A stretch of DNA of 64,000 nucleotides from an uncultured delta proteobacterium (GTDB lineage Bacteria; Myxococcota; Kuafuiibacteriia; Kuafuiibacteriales; Kuafuiibacteriaceae): contig CAWDML010000003.1 of assembly GCA_963803435.1 (NCBI GenBank), forward strand, positions 256,001 through 320,000, read 5' to 3'. The first letter of the stretch is position 1. Each line of letters opens with the position of its first letter. A program made the position numbers and the translations under genes. Below are positions 16,517-28,225 of the stretch, piece after piece. Below the pieces are notes generated by a model, which saw only the letters and a list, made by a program, of their open reading frames with translations, ran no database searches and was not told where the DNA came from.

Positions 16517-19424
16517 ATGGGCAAGAAGCGAATTTTCGAGTTAGCGCGAGAGCTCGGCTATCAGAACAATCGTGATTCTGATCGAGAAGCTCCAGAAGCT
16601 CGGGTTCGAGGTGAAGTCGCACTCGTCGACGGTCGACGAGGACACGGTCCGCAAGGCCCTCAAGAAGGCCGACGACGAGAAGCGGGCCGGCACCGACGAG
16701 CGTCGCATCAGCCGAAAGGTGCTGCGGCGCCGCCCGAAGGACGGCGAGCCGGCGCCGGTGGCCACGGCCAAGCCCGAGCGGGTCGCTCGGGTGGCGCGCC
16801 GGCCGGCGGCGGAGCCCAAGGTCGAGGAGCCGGCCGTGCTGCCGGCCGAGGCGGACCTCGAGGAGGCCATCACCGAGATCGGTGTCCCCGACATCGTCGC
16901 CGAGGCCCACGAGGGCGAAGAATCGGCGCTTCCGGTGTCCACCGAGGACGTCCTCGAGGAGATGCCGCTCGAGGTCGCAGGTGAGGCGGAGCCGTCCGCA
17001 GAGCTTGCCGAGCCCAAGGAGGGCGACGAAACCGGCGAAGAGCTGGACGAAGAGCCCAAGAAGGAACGTCGTGAGGCCCGCATGGCCCGCCCGGATCGCA
17101 AGCGGGAAGAGGTCTACGACGAAGACGACGAGAAGCCGGATGTCACCGACATGAGCATTTCCGAGTTCGACTTCGCTGCGAAAGCGGAGGAGAAGGACAA
17201 CACCCGCGTGGCGCCACCCCCTCCATCTTCCAACGTGAAGACCAAGGCCGAAGAAGAGCCGAAGACCAAGATCGTTCGCCAGATCGATCCGAACGTCCTC
17301 AAGGCGCGGCTCAAGGCGTCCAAGCGCCCCGAGCCTCCGAAGGAGTGGGGACGTCAGACGACGCCCGTCGAGATGGCCGCAGCCCCGTTCAAGGAGCTCG
17401 AGGTCCGGACCGATGCCTCCGGCAAGCGCAAGGAGCTCGTGGACGTCCGCAAGGAAGCGGCGCGCGGCAAGCGGGCCGGCGCCCGCCGTCGCGAGGAGAT
17501 GTCGGCGAAGGATCTCCTCGAGCACCGGCGCGGGCAGGTGTACTACCCTGCGCCCAACCGGAAGCGGATCAAGGGCAAGAAGGGCGCCGGAAAGAGGCCG
17601 GACATGCAGCCGCAGGTGAAGAAGCCGATCCAGATCGGCGACACGATCACGCCGGCAGACCTCTCGCAGCAGATGAGCATCAAAGCCTCGGAGATCATCT
17701 CCTGGCTGATGCGGAACGGCATCATGACCAACATCAACCAGCCGATGGATCACGACACGGCGGTGATGGTGTGCGAACAGTTCGAGTTTGAAGTCGAGTC
17801 GAAGACCTTCGAAGAGGAGGAGATGCTCGAGGGACGGAGCTTCGAAGAGGTGAAGAAGGCGCAGGACGAGAACGCGAAACCGCGGGCGCCGGTCGTCACG
17901 GTCATGGGCCACGTCGACCACGGCAAGACCTCGCTCCTCGACCGCATCCGCCACACGAACGTGGCGGGCGGCGAGGCCGGCGGGATCACCCAGCGGATCG
18001 CCGGCTACAAGGTGACGACCGCGAAGGGCGACGTCACCTTCCTCGATACGCCCGGCCACGCGGCGTTCACGGCGATGCGGGCTCGCGGCGCCAAGACCAC
18101 GGACATCGTGGTGCTGGTGGTGGCGGCCGACGACGGCGTGATGCCCCAGACCCGGGAGGCGATCGACCACGCCAAGGCGGCCCACGTGCCGATCATCGTG
18201 GCGGTCAACAAGATCGACAAACCCGACGCGAACCCGGACCGGGTGCTCCAGCAGCTCGCCGATCTCGACCTCCTGGTGGAGGAGTGGGGCGGCGGGACGC
18301 TGTCCCGCAAGATCTCGGCGAAGACGGGCGAGGGCGTGGACGAGCTGCTCGAGCAGATCGCGCTCCAGGCGGAGATCATGGAGCTGCGCGCCAACTCGGA
18401 CGCGCCGGCGGTCGGTGCCGTCATCGAGGGTCACGTCCACAAGGGGCGCGGCCCGGTGGCCACCGTCTTGGTGCAGGAAGGCACGCTCCGGGTCGGCGAC
18501 ATCGTGGTGGTGGGCGAGAACATCGGCAAGGTGCGCGCGCTGATGACCGACGGCGGCGTCAAGGTGGACGAGGCGGGGCCCTCCACCCCGGTCGAGATCC
18601 TCGGCCTGGACGGCGTGCCCAGCCCCGGCGACGAGCTGCGCGTGGCGCCCGAGCTGGACAAGGCGCGGGAGCTGGCGGCGCATCGCATCGAGAAGCGGCG
18701 CTCGCACGAGCTGGCGGGTCAGGCGTCGGTCTCGCTCCAGGATCTGTTCAACCGGATCAAGGAAGGCGAGCAGAAGGAGCTCAAGATCGTCATCAAGGCC
18801 GACCTGCAGGGCTCGGTCGAGGCGCTCCGCGACGCGCTGATGGGGCTCTCGACCAAGAAGGTCCGCGTCAACGTGATCAGCGGTGGGGTCGGCGGCGTGG
18901 TCGAGTCGGACGTCGAGTTTGCGAAGGCGTCGGACGCGATCATCATCGGGTTCGCGGTTCGTCCCGACACGAACGCCCTCAAGGCGGCCCGGGCCATGGA
19001 TGTGGACATCCGCAGCTACAACATCATCTACGAGGCCGTGGATGAGGTTCGGCTGGCCATGCAGGGGCTCCTGGCGCCGGTGCGCAAGGAGAAGTACCTG
19101 GGCCGCGCCGAGGTGCGGGCGACGTTCACCGTCCCGAAGGTCGGCACGGTCGCAGGCTGCGCCGTGGTCGACGGCATCGTGACGCGCGCCGCCAACATCC
19201 GGCTGCTGCGGGACAGCAAGACCATCTACGAGGGTCGCCTCTCCAGCCTGAAGCGCTTCAAGGACGACGTCCGCGAGGTGAAGGAAGGCTTCGAGTGCGG
19301 CATGGGCATCGACAAGTTCAACGACATCAAGGTCGGGGACATCTTCGAGGCCTACGAGATCGTGGAGACGGCCGCGGTGCTCGAGGAGCCCACGGAGCGC
19401 GGCGGCGCCGAGGCGCGGCCGTAG
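16517..19424 (+). CDS. infB: Translation initiation factor IF-2; frameshift at ~16576
   Basis: [15 protein letters not shown]-terminus; [36 protein letters not shown]. Confidence 0.97.
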
Positions 19425-19427
19425 CGC

Positions 19428-19721
19428 GTGGTCGTCGGCGTCCTGAAGATCAAGCTCCGCCTGCCCGGCGTCACCTCGCTCAAGGAGAAGCGCGGGGTGG
19501 TGAAGAGCCTGGTCGAGAAGACGCGGCACCGCTTCAACGCCTCGGTCGCAGAGGTGGGGAAGAACGACGATCACCTCACCTCGGAGGTCGGCATCACCGT
19601 GGTCGGCAACGACCAGAGCTTCGTCAACTCGATGCTCGACAAGATCCTCGACGCCTTCGAGGAGAGCGCGCTCGGCCGGGCGGACGTCGTCGATACCGAG
19701 CTCGAGCTGGTTCAGTACTGA
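19428..19721 (+). CDS. DUF503 (YlxP) family protein
   Basis: SLKEKRGVVKSL..RFNASVAEV; lies between infB and rbfA. Confidence 0.9.
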   Translation: MVVGVLKIKLRLPGVTSLKEKRGVVKSLVEKTRHRFNASVAEVGKNDDHLTSEVGITVVGNDQSFVNSMLDKILDAFEESALGRADVVDTELELVQY

Positions 19722-19729
19722 GAGCAGTG

Positions 19730-20110
19730 ATGGCACGGAAGAAGCGGAGCGCGGGAGGCGCGCGGCCGATCAAGGTCGGTGAGCAGGTGCGCCAGGCCCT
19801 CGCGGAGATGCTCCGCGAAGGCGTGTTCAAGGATCCGCGGCTGGAGACGGCGTCGCTCGTCACGATCACCGAGGTGAAGATGACGCCGGAGCTCAAGCTG
19901 GGACGGGTCTACGTCTCCGTGTACGGCGCAGATGACGCGGGCGCGGTGATCGAGGGCTTGAACTCGGCGGCGAAGACGGCGCAGCGGGAGATCGGCGCGC
20001 GGCTGAAGCTGCGCCATACGCCCAAGCTGGAGTTTGCGCGCGACGACAGCATCGCGTACGGGGCCAAGATCGAGGCGCTGCTCCAGGACATCCACCGTGA
20101 AGACGAGTAG
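19730..20110 (+). CDS. rbfA: Ribosome-binding factor A
   Basis: KDPRL, VTITEVKMTPELK, LKLRHTPKLEF.RDDSI. Confidence 0.93.
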   Translation: MARKKRSAGGARPIKVGEQVRQALAEMLREGVFKDPRLETASLVTITEVKMTPELKLGRVYVSVYGADDAGAVIEGLNSAAKTAQREIGARLKLRHTPKLEFARDDSIAYGAKIEALLQDIHREDE

Positions 20111-21029
20111 CACCGGGGTGCTGCTGGTGGACAAGCCGCAGGGGCTGTCGAGCCACGCGGTGGTCCAGAAGGTGCGGCGCGCGTTCGGCCAGCGCGAGGT
20201 CGGCCACACCGGGACGCTCGATCCGATGGCGACGGGGTTGATGGTGGTGCTCCTCGGGCGTGCCACCCGAGTCGCCCGCTTCGTGGAGGCGACCGAGAAG
20301 GCGTACGAGGGCACGGTGGCGCTCGGGTCGGCGACGACTACGTTCGACGCGGAGGGCGAGACGACGGAGACGTCGGAGGTGCCGGCGCTCGACCGGGGGG
20401 CGATCGAGCGGGCGCTCGCAGGTCTGGTGGGCGAGATCGAGCAGGAGGTGCCGATCTTCTCGGCGGTGAAGGTGGACGGAGAGCGTCTCTACCGAAAGGC
20501 CCGGCGCGGAGAGGCGGTGGAGGCGCCACGGCGGGTGGTCACGGTCTACGCGCTGGAGGCGGCCCGGATCGCGCTGCCGGAGATCGACGTCTTCGTCCGC
20601 TGCTCCAAGGGCACCTACGTGCGGACGCTCGCGGTTCAGATCGGTCGGGCGGTGGGGCTGCCGGCGCACCTGTCGCGGCTCCGCCGGACGCGGGTCGGCG
20701 CGTTCGCGGTGGCCGACGCGATCCCGGTGGACCGGCTGACCGGGGGGCCCGAAGAGCTGCTGCCGCTGACCGCGGCGGTGGCGCACCTGCCGCAGCTCGA
20801 GGTCGACGCCCAGGCGGCTGAGGACGTCCGACACGGCCGCCCCCTGTCGGTCCGGGAGGTGGGGCCCCTCATCGACGCCCTCGGGCTGGTCCGGGGGGCT
20901 CCGCTGGCCCTGGTGCGTCGAGGCGATCTGTTGGCGGTGGCGGAGGCGCGGATCGGCGCGCCGGAGCTGGCCGGGGCGGCCCACTCGGACCGAGCGGTCG
21001 GTTATGCGTGCGTGCTCGTGTCCCGTTGA
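20097..21029 (+). CDS. truB: tRNA pseudouridine(55) synthase
   Basis: LLVDKPQGLSSH, VGHTGTLDPMATG, FSAVKVDGERLY, CSKGTYVRTL. Confidence 0.95.
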   Translation: MKTSSTGVLLVDKPQGLSSHAVVQKVRRAFGQREVGHTGTLDPMATGLMVVLLGRATRVARFVEATEKAYEGTVALGSATTTFDAEGETTETSEVPALDRGAIERALAGLVGEIEQEVPIFSAVKVDGERLYRKARRGEAVEAPRRVVTVYALEAARIALPEIDVFVRCSKGTYVRTLAVQIGRAVGLPAHLSRLRRTRVGAFAVADAIPVDRLTGGPEELLPLTAAVAHLPQLEVDAQAAEDVRHGRPLSVREVGPLIDALGLVRGAPLALVRRGDLLAVAEARIGAPELAGAAHSDRAVGYACVLVSR

Positions 21030-21093
21030 CAGGTCACTCCGGCACACCTATGGTCCGCCAAATTTAAGAAAAGGGTACGGGTAAAGGAAAACT

Positions 21094-21363
21094 ATGCCTC
21101 TTCTTCAGGCACGCAAGGCCGAAATCGTTCAGAAATTCGCGACCAAACCAGGGGATACCGGGAGTGCGGAGGTCCAGATCGCGCTCCTCTCGGAGCGGAT
21201 CAACACGCTCCAAGAGCACTTTCAGGTCCATGCCCATGATCATCACAGCCGCCGTGGGCTGCTCAAGATGGTCGGTCGGCGACGCCGTCTCCTCGACTAT
21301 TTGCGGTCGAAGAGCGAGGCACGGTACCGCACCATCATCGAGGAGCTGGGGCTACGTAAGTAG
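21094..21363 (+). CDS. rpsO: 30S ribosomal protein S15
   Basis: [34 protein letters not shown]. Confidence 0.98.
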   Translation: MPLLQARKAEIVQKFATKPGDTGSAEVQIALLSERINTLQEHFQVHAHDHHSRRGLLKMVGRRRRLLDYLRSKSEARYRTIIEELGLRK

Positions 21364-21483
21364 CTAGAATCGCTCGGTGTTCATTGCGTGCGACCGCGCC
21401 CGGCGGTTTGGCGGAAGACAGGCTAGACCTTCAGAGCCGGATGGTCGATGATGCCCTCGGCTCCGTCAACGAGCCTCCGCGCG

Positions 21484-21597
21484 TTGGTTGGTCGAGCAAT
21501 GGGCTGAGTGGTTAACGAGAGTATTTAGCGTCTTCAGACGAGCCATCCGAACCGCTTTTGCTTCTTTCTCCGCTCAGCTCATTGCTCGATCTACCGA
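21484..21597 (+). promoter_or_regulatory. Long stem-loop in the pnp leader (possible RNase III processing stem)
   Basis: TCGAGCAATGGGCTGAGTGG (21492-21511) pairs with CCGCTCAGCTCATTGCTCGA (21570-21589) using G-U pairs. Confidence 0.6.
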
Positions 21598-21666
21598 CCG
21601 CGGACCCCGCGGATCCCGCTTTGAACCTTCGAGCGTCTCCTCCTGCTCAGGAAAGGGATCTCTCAA

Positions 21667-23775
<2,109 letters not shown>

Positions 23776-23803
23776 CTAATTAGGACCGGTTCTTAGTCGT
23801 CGA

Positions 23804-23930
23804 GGTCACGGATCGGTCACGGAAGACGGAACACGGGTTCCGACTCTCGGAGCACGAGCTGGACGGGATGCCCTCGTCCTTGGTCGAACCGTTCTTTCGA
23901 TCCGTGACGGTGACGCTGACCGTGACCGCC
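23804..23930. repeat. Intergenic imperfect inverted repeat built from GGTCAC/GTGACC-like hexamers
   Basis: GTCACGGATCG (23806-23816) versus CGATCCGTGAC (23898-23908), with flanking GTGACG/GTGACC units. Confidence 0.5.
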
Positions 23931-23970
23931 GCTCACCGTTCCGCGTTTGCTGCGTTCGGTCGTTCGGCTC

Positions 23971-24783
23971 CTAGTTGCGCCGGTCCCAGTACGCCGTCGA
24001 CGTCACGTCCAGCTCGCCATCGCGCACGAAGTCCCCCGCGCTGCGGGAGGAGACGCCGATCGCCACGCCTGCGCCCACCGCCACCACGGCCGCGCCGATC
24101 GCGGTCCAGAACCACCAGCGCCGGGTGATCGGGACGTTCGCCGAGGCGGTCACGTCCGCCGCCGGCGGTGGGGGTGGGGCGAGCGCGGGGGCGGGGGGCG
24201 GCGCGGGCGGAGGGGCGGGCGCGGGGACCGGGGGGAACAGGACGTGGACGCGGGTGGTCTCACCGGCCCGGACGTCGACGGTCTCGCGGAAGTTGCGGCC
24301 GTCCGGGATCTGGATCGAGATGCGGTGCGGGCCGGGCTCGACGCGGATGGTGTCTTCGGGGAGGGGGAGCGGGGCGTGGTCGTCGAGGGCGAGCTTGGAG
24401 CCTGCGGCATCGGTGACGAAGGCCAGCTTGCCGACCTTGTCGTCGAGGTGCGCCATCTCCTCCTCGGCCTTGCGGTAGCGGCTGTCCTCGGGCTCGAGGC
24501 CTGCGTCGGAGAGGAACCGCTGGTAGTGCTCGATCGCCTCGAGCGGACGGTCGCAGGCCGCGAGCGTGCGGGCGAGGTTGTAGTGGATCTTGGGGCTGGG
24601 GAAGGTGTCGTAGGCCTCCTGGAAGCTGGCGAGCGCCTCTGAGAAGCTGCCGGCGTCGAAGAGCTGGTTGCCGCGGGTGACCAGGTCGCCAGCGCGGCGC
24701 TTGGCCTCCTCGACGTCCACGCCGGCGGTGGCCGGGAGGGCGTACGCGAGCGTGAGGAGGAGCGGCGGAATCGCCCGGATCAC
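23971..24783 (-). CDS. TPR + PEGA domain exported protein with C-terminal TM
   Basis: Signal peptide, TPR (GNQLF..EAL..F..AY..YNLAR), VEPGPHRI, Pro linker, RRWWFWTAIG. Confidence 0.8.
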   Translation of the reverse strand: MIRAIPPLLLTLAYALPATAGVDVEEAKRRAGDLVTRGNQLFDAGSFSEALASFQEAYDTFPSPKIHYNLARTLAACDRPLEAIEHYQRFLSDAGLEPEDSRYRKAEEEMAHLDDKVGKLAFVTDAAGSKLALDDHAPLPLPEDTIRVEPGPHRISIQIPDGRNFRETVDVRAGETTRVHVLFPPVPAPAPPPAPPPAPALAPPPPPAADVTASANVPITRRWWFWTAIGAAVVAVGAGVAIGVSSRSAGDFVRDGELDVTSTAYWDRRN

Positions 24784-26258
24784 AGCTCGTCGGCTCCGAA
24801 CAGATCGGTTCCTGGGGGCGCGCGCTTCTTCGAGGTGCGGCGACGGTGGCTCGTGCGGCGCCGGACGTGGCGGCGCGCGGGCTCGGCGCTCTCGACGACG
24901 GGCTCGTCGCTCACCGCGGCCGGCGGGGGCGACGGGGGCGGCGGAGGCTCGGGGGTGGCGAGAACCGGCTCCGGGGGCGGGAGTGGCTCAATCTGCGGAT
25001 CGTCGTGGCGTCCGAACCAGAGCACCACGGCGAGGGCCACCGCCAGGCCGAGCATCCCGAAGGTGACGCCGAGGGCCGCGATCGGATCGACGCGCCGGCG
25101 CGGCTCTGGGAAATCGATGGTCTGGAAGGCGGCGGCCGGCGGGCTGCCGTAGACGTCGGAGATGTCGCGCTCGCCCAGATCCGGCGCGACGTCGAGGAAG
25201 TCCTCGTCGGCGTCCGAGGCGGCGCGGCTCAGGCTGGCCGAGTTCTCCTCCGTGGCGATGGGCTCGAACGGCGGTGGGTGCTCGAGCGCGGCCTTCTTGA
25301 CCAGCTCACCGCGGGCCTTCTTGCGCTCGGGAAAGACGGCGTCCATCAGACCGGCGAGCGCGCTCGGACCCACCAGGGTGGAGCGGGTCGACAGGAACGC
25401 GCGCAGATCTTCGGCGAGGTCGCGGGCGCTCTGATAGCGCTCGCTCGGATCCCGCTCGAGCGCGCGCAGCACGATGCGCTCGAGCTCGGCCGGATAGTCG
25501 GGGTGGAAGCGCTTCGGTGATGGGATCACCTTTCGCATCACGCGATCGATCGTCGCGAAGTCGTTGTGGGCCTTGAAGAGGCGCTTGCCGACCGTGGTCT
25601 CCCAGAGAACGACACCGAGCGCGAACACGTCGGCGCGACGATCGACAGCCTCGGTGCGGATCTGCTCGGGCGACATGTACGCCGCCTTCCCCTTGCGGAC
25701 GCCCGTGCCGGTGTGGCTGAGACGGTCGGCCGCCTTGGCGATCCCGAAGTCCACGACGCGCACGATGCCGTCGTAGCCGACGAGCACGTTTTGGGGTGAG
25801 ACATCCCGATGGACCACGCCCTTCGCGTTGCCGTCGAGACCGCGGAGCTCGTGGGCGGCGTGGAGGCCCTCGGCGGCGCACGAGATCACGTACGCGGCGA
25901 GGTCGCGCGGGAACGGGCGCCCCGCCTTCCAGGTGTGGGTCAACAGGCTCGCGAGCGTCTCACCGCTCACATAGTCCATGGCGATGAAGTACTGACCGTC
26001 GTGCTCGCCGACCTCGAACGTCTGGACCACGTTCGGGTGGTGGATCATGGCGGTGATACGCGCTTCGTCCAGGAACATGTCGACGAACGCTTGGTTCCGG
26101 CAGAGATGCGGAAGCAGCATCTTGATCGCGATCAGGCGCTCGAAGCCGCCCGGACCCTCCGCGCGCGCAAGGTACAGAAAGCCCATGCCGCCCGTGCCGA
26201 GCTCGCCGAGCACCTGATACCGCCCGACCTGCGTGGGGAGTGGACCGCCCGTCGCCAC
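24780..26258 (-). CDS. Ser/Thr protein kinase (Hanks type), membrane anchored
   Basis: LGTGGMG, AIK, HRDVSPQN, DFGIAK, YMSPEQ, DVFALG; TM near C-terminus. Confidence 0.93.
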   Translation of the reverse strand: MATGGPLPTQVGRYQVLGELGTGGMGFLYLARAEGPGGFERLIAIKMLLPHLCRNQAFVDMFLDEARITAMIHHPNVVQTFEVGEHDGQYFIAMDYVSGETLASLLTHTWKAGRPFPRDLAAYVISCAAEGLHAAHELRGLDGNAKGVVHRDVSPQNVLVGYDGIVRVVDFGIAKAADRLSHTGTGVRKGKAAYMSPEQIRTEAVDRRADVFALGVVLWETTVGKRLFKAHNDFATIDRVMRKVIPSPKRFHPDYPAELERIVLRALERDPSERYQSARDLAEDLRAFLSTRSTLVGPSALAGLMDAVFPERKKARGELVKKAALEHPPPFEPIATEENSASLSRAASDADEDFLDVAPDLGERDISDVYGSPPAAAFQTIDFPEPRRRVDPIAALGVTFGMLGLAVALAVVLWFGRHDDPQIEPLPPPEPVLATPEPPPPPSPPPAAVSDEPVVESAEPARRHVRRRTSHRRRTSKKRAPPGTDLFGADEL

Positions 26259-26329
26259 CGGAAATCGATTATCCGGGGTCGAGGCTCGGCCCGCCAGATG
26301 AAAGCAGGCTATGATGCGGTGCTCTGCGC

Positions 26330-27607
26330 ATGATGAAGGGTGCTCATTGTGTGTTTGGGTGGATGTGGGTCGCGCTGGCGCCAATCGCCGCCTGCCACGC
26401 GGATCCCTGCAAGGGTGCGCGCCCCACGGTCCACCTGGATTTGGTCCTCGAGGGGGTCACCGCCACCGAGGTGCGGTCCCTCGAGATCCTCCTCGACTCG
26501 GGGGAGGACCACTTCCGGCGCGTCTACAATCTCGCTGACCAGCTCGCTGATGGACGCACTTCGCTCAGCATCGAGATTGTCCCCCCGCCGCCGTCCGAGT
26601 TCGAGCTGACCTTCGACGTTCGAGGCTTCGACGCGCCCGACGCGACGGGCGCGGTGGTGGCGTCCCGCGTGCTCACGATGGTGGCCGAGCCGAACGGCTG
26701 CAACGAGGCCGAGCTGACCCTCAGCCCGCTCCCCGGGAGGGACGCGGGGGTCGACGCCGGCGTCCCGACCAAGGACGGCGGCAGCCCGGACGGGATGACC
26801 GACGCGGGGCGCGCGGACGAGGACGGCGGATCGCCGGACGCGGAAACGGCGGACGGCGCCGAGCCGGATGCGAGCGTCGATACCGGAGTGGACGCCGGCT
26901 GTCCTGACGACGACTCGGACGGCGTGTGCAACGCAGACGACAACTGTCCCTTCACGTTCAACCCCGGACAGGAGGACTCGGACGGCGTGGCGGCGTTCCC
27001 GATCCCGTTCGCGCCGGTCGCCGTCAACGGTGGCGTGCCGGTGCCGGGCTGGACGGAGGACGACGACTCGGTGAGCATCCCGATCCCGTTGACCTTCGAC
27101 TTCCAGTTCTTCGGCGTGACCCGCACGCAGATCCGTGTCTCGACCAACGGCTTCTTCACGTTCTCCCAGACCCAGGACGACGGCTGCTGCGAAGGACAGG
27201 CGATCCCAGACTCGTCGACGCCGAACGAGCTGGTCGCGCTGGCCTGGAGCGATCTCGAGGTGCCCGGATACCAGGCGGATCAGGTCAGGTTCCAGGTCGA
27301 CGGCGTCCCGCCCGAACGTCGCTTCGTGCTCCTGTTCGATCTCGTCAACGTGTGCTGCGGCACCAACGAGCCACCGGTGAACGTCGAAGCGATCCTGTTC
27401 GAGGGATCGAACCGCATCGAGATCCACACGTTCGAGCAACCCCCCAACGACGGCTTCACCCGCGGCATCGAGAGCGCCAATGGAGCTCGGGCGGCCTACC
27501 TCCCCGGCGAGGCCGCCGCGGGCTTCGCGCTCTCCGAGGACGCCGTCGCTTTCACGACCGGTCCGCTCCCCGATGGGATCGGCGACGCCTGCGCGAACGC
27601 CCACTGA
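26330..27607 (+). CDS. Exported (lipo)protein with DAG-rich linker, thrombospondin type-3 repeat and nidogen-like domain
   Basis: IAAC lipobox-like; [24 protein letters not shown]; [23 protein letters not shown]; ends DGIGDAC; start uncertain. Confidence 0.7.
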   Translation: MMKGAHCVFGWMWVALAPIAACHADPCKGARPTVHLDLVLEGVTATEVRSLEILLDSGEDHFRRVYNLADQLADGRTSLSIEIVPPPPSEFELTFDVRGFDAPDATGAVVASRVLTMVAEPNGCNEAELTLSPLPGRDAGVDAGVPTKDGGSPDGMTDAGRADEDGGSPDAETADGAEPDASVDTGVDAGCPDDDSDGVCNADDNCPFTFNPGQEDSDGVAAFPIPFAPVAVNGGVPVPGWTEDDDSVSIPIPLTFDFQFFGVTRTQIRVSTNGFFTFSQTQDDGCCEGQAIPDSSTPNELVALAWSDLEVPGYQADQVRFQVDGVPPERRFVLLFDLVNVCCGTNEPPVNVEAILFEGSNRIEIHTFEQPPNDGFTRGIESANGARAAYLPGEAAAGFALSEDAVAFTTGPLPDGIGDACANAH

Positions 27608-27651
27608 CATTCACGAACGATTCGAGTAGGGATCGCTCGGGCGGACGCGGG

Positions 27652-28101
27652 ATGGTGCGGCTTCGACTTCGACCGATGGCGGGCCGGCCGCGCGGACTTC
27701 CGATCCCGTCGTACGCGACGACCGGCGCGGCCGGTCTCGATCTGCCTGCGGCCGAGGCGGTCACGCTCGTCCCGGGCGGGTGGGGCGCCGTAGGGACGAA
27801 GCTCGAGATCGAGCTCCCGGCGGGGTACGAGGCGCAGGTCCGGCCGCGGTCGGGGCTGGCGCTCCGCCACGGGGTGACCGTGCTGAACGCGCCCGGCACC
27901 ATCGACGCCGACTATCGGGGCGAGATCCGAATCATTTTGATCAACCACGGGCGCGCGCCGTTCGCGATCACGCCCGGCGATCGGATTGCGCAGCTGGTGG
28001 TGGCGCCGGTGGCGCGGGTGGAAGTGGAGGCGGTGGAAGAGACCGATCCGCTCACCCCCACCGCGCGGGGCGCAGGCGGGTTCGGTCACACGGGTGCGTG
28101 A
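27652..28101 (+). CDS. dut: dUTP diphosphatase
   Basis: [47 protein letters not shown]. Confidence 0.96.
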   Translation: MVRLRLRPMAGRPRGLPIPSYATTGAAGLDLPAAEAVTLVPGGWGAVGTKLEIELPAGYEAQVRPRSGLALRHGVTVLNAPGTIDADYRGEIRIILINHGRAPFAITPGDRIAQLVVAPVARVEVEAVEETDPLTPTARGAGGFGHTGA

Positions 28102-28225
28102 GAACAACTATCCCGTGTCGTACCGGTCGTTTGGCGATTGATCTTCGGGTGGTTCCGGTGATTCCTTGGAGGCGGTCCGGCCTCGTTCGGGTTTCACCTT
28201 CCCACCGGACCACGGGGAGTCACGA

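Noticed and set aside
14259-19424. nusA and infB as pseudogenes or programmed frameshift genes
   Set aside because: Essential genes with otherwise intact sequence; no slippery sites; the breaks share the GATTC artefact signature in different codon phases.
24160-24240. G-rich tract as a regulatory G-quadruplex
   Set aside because: It is the antisense of a Pro-Ala linker in the PEGA protein; no independent evidence of function.
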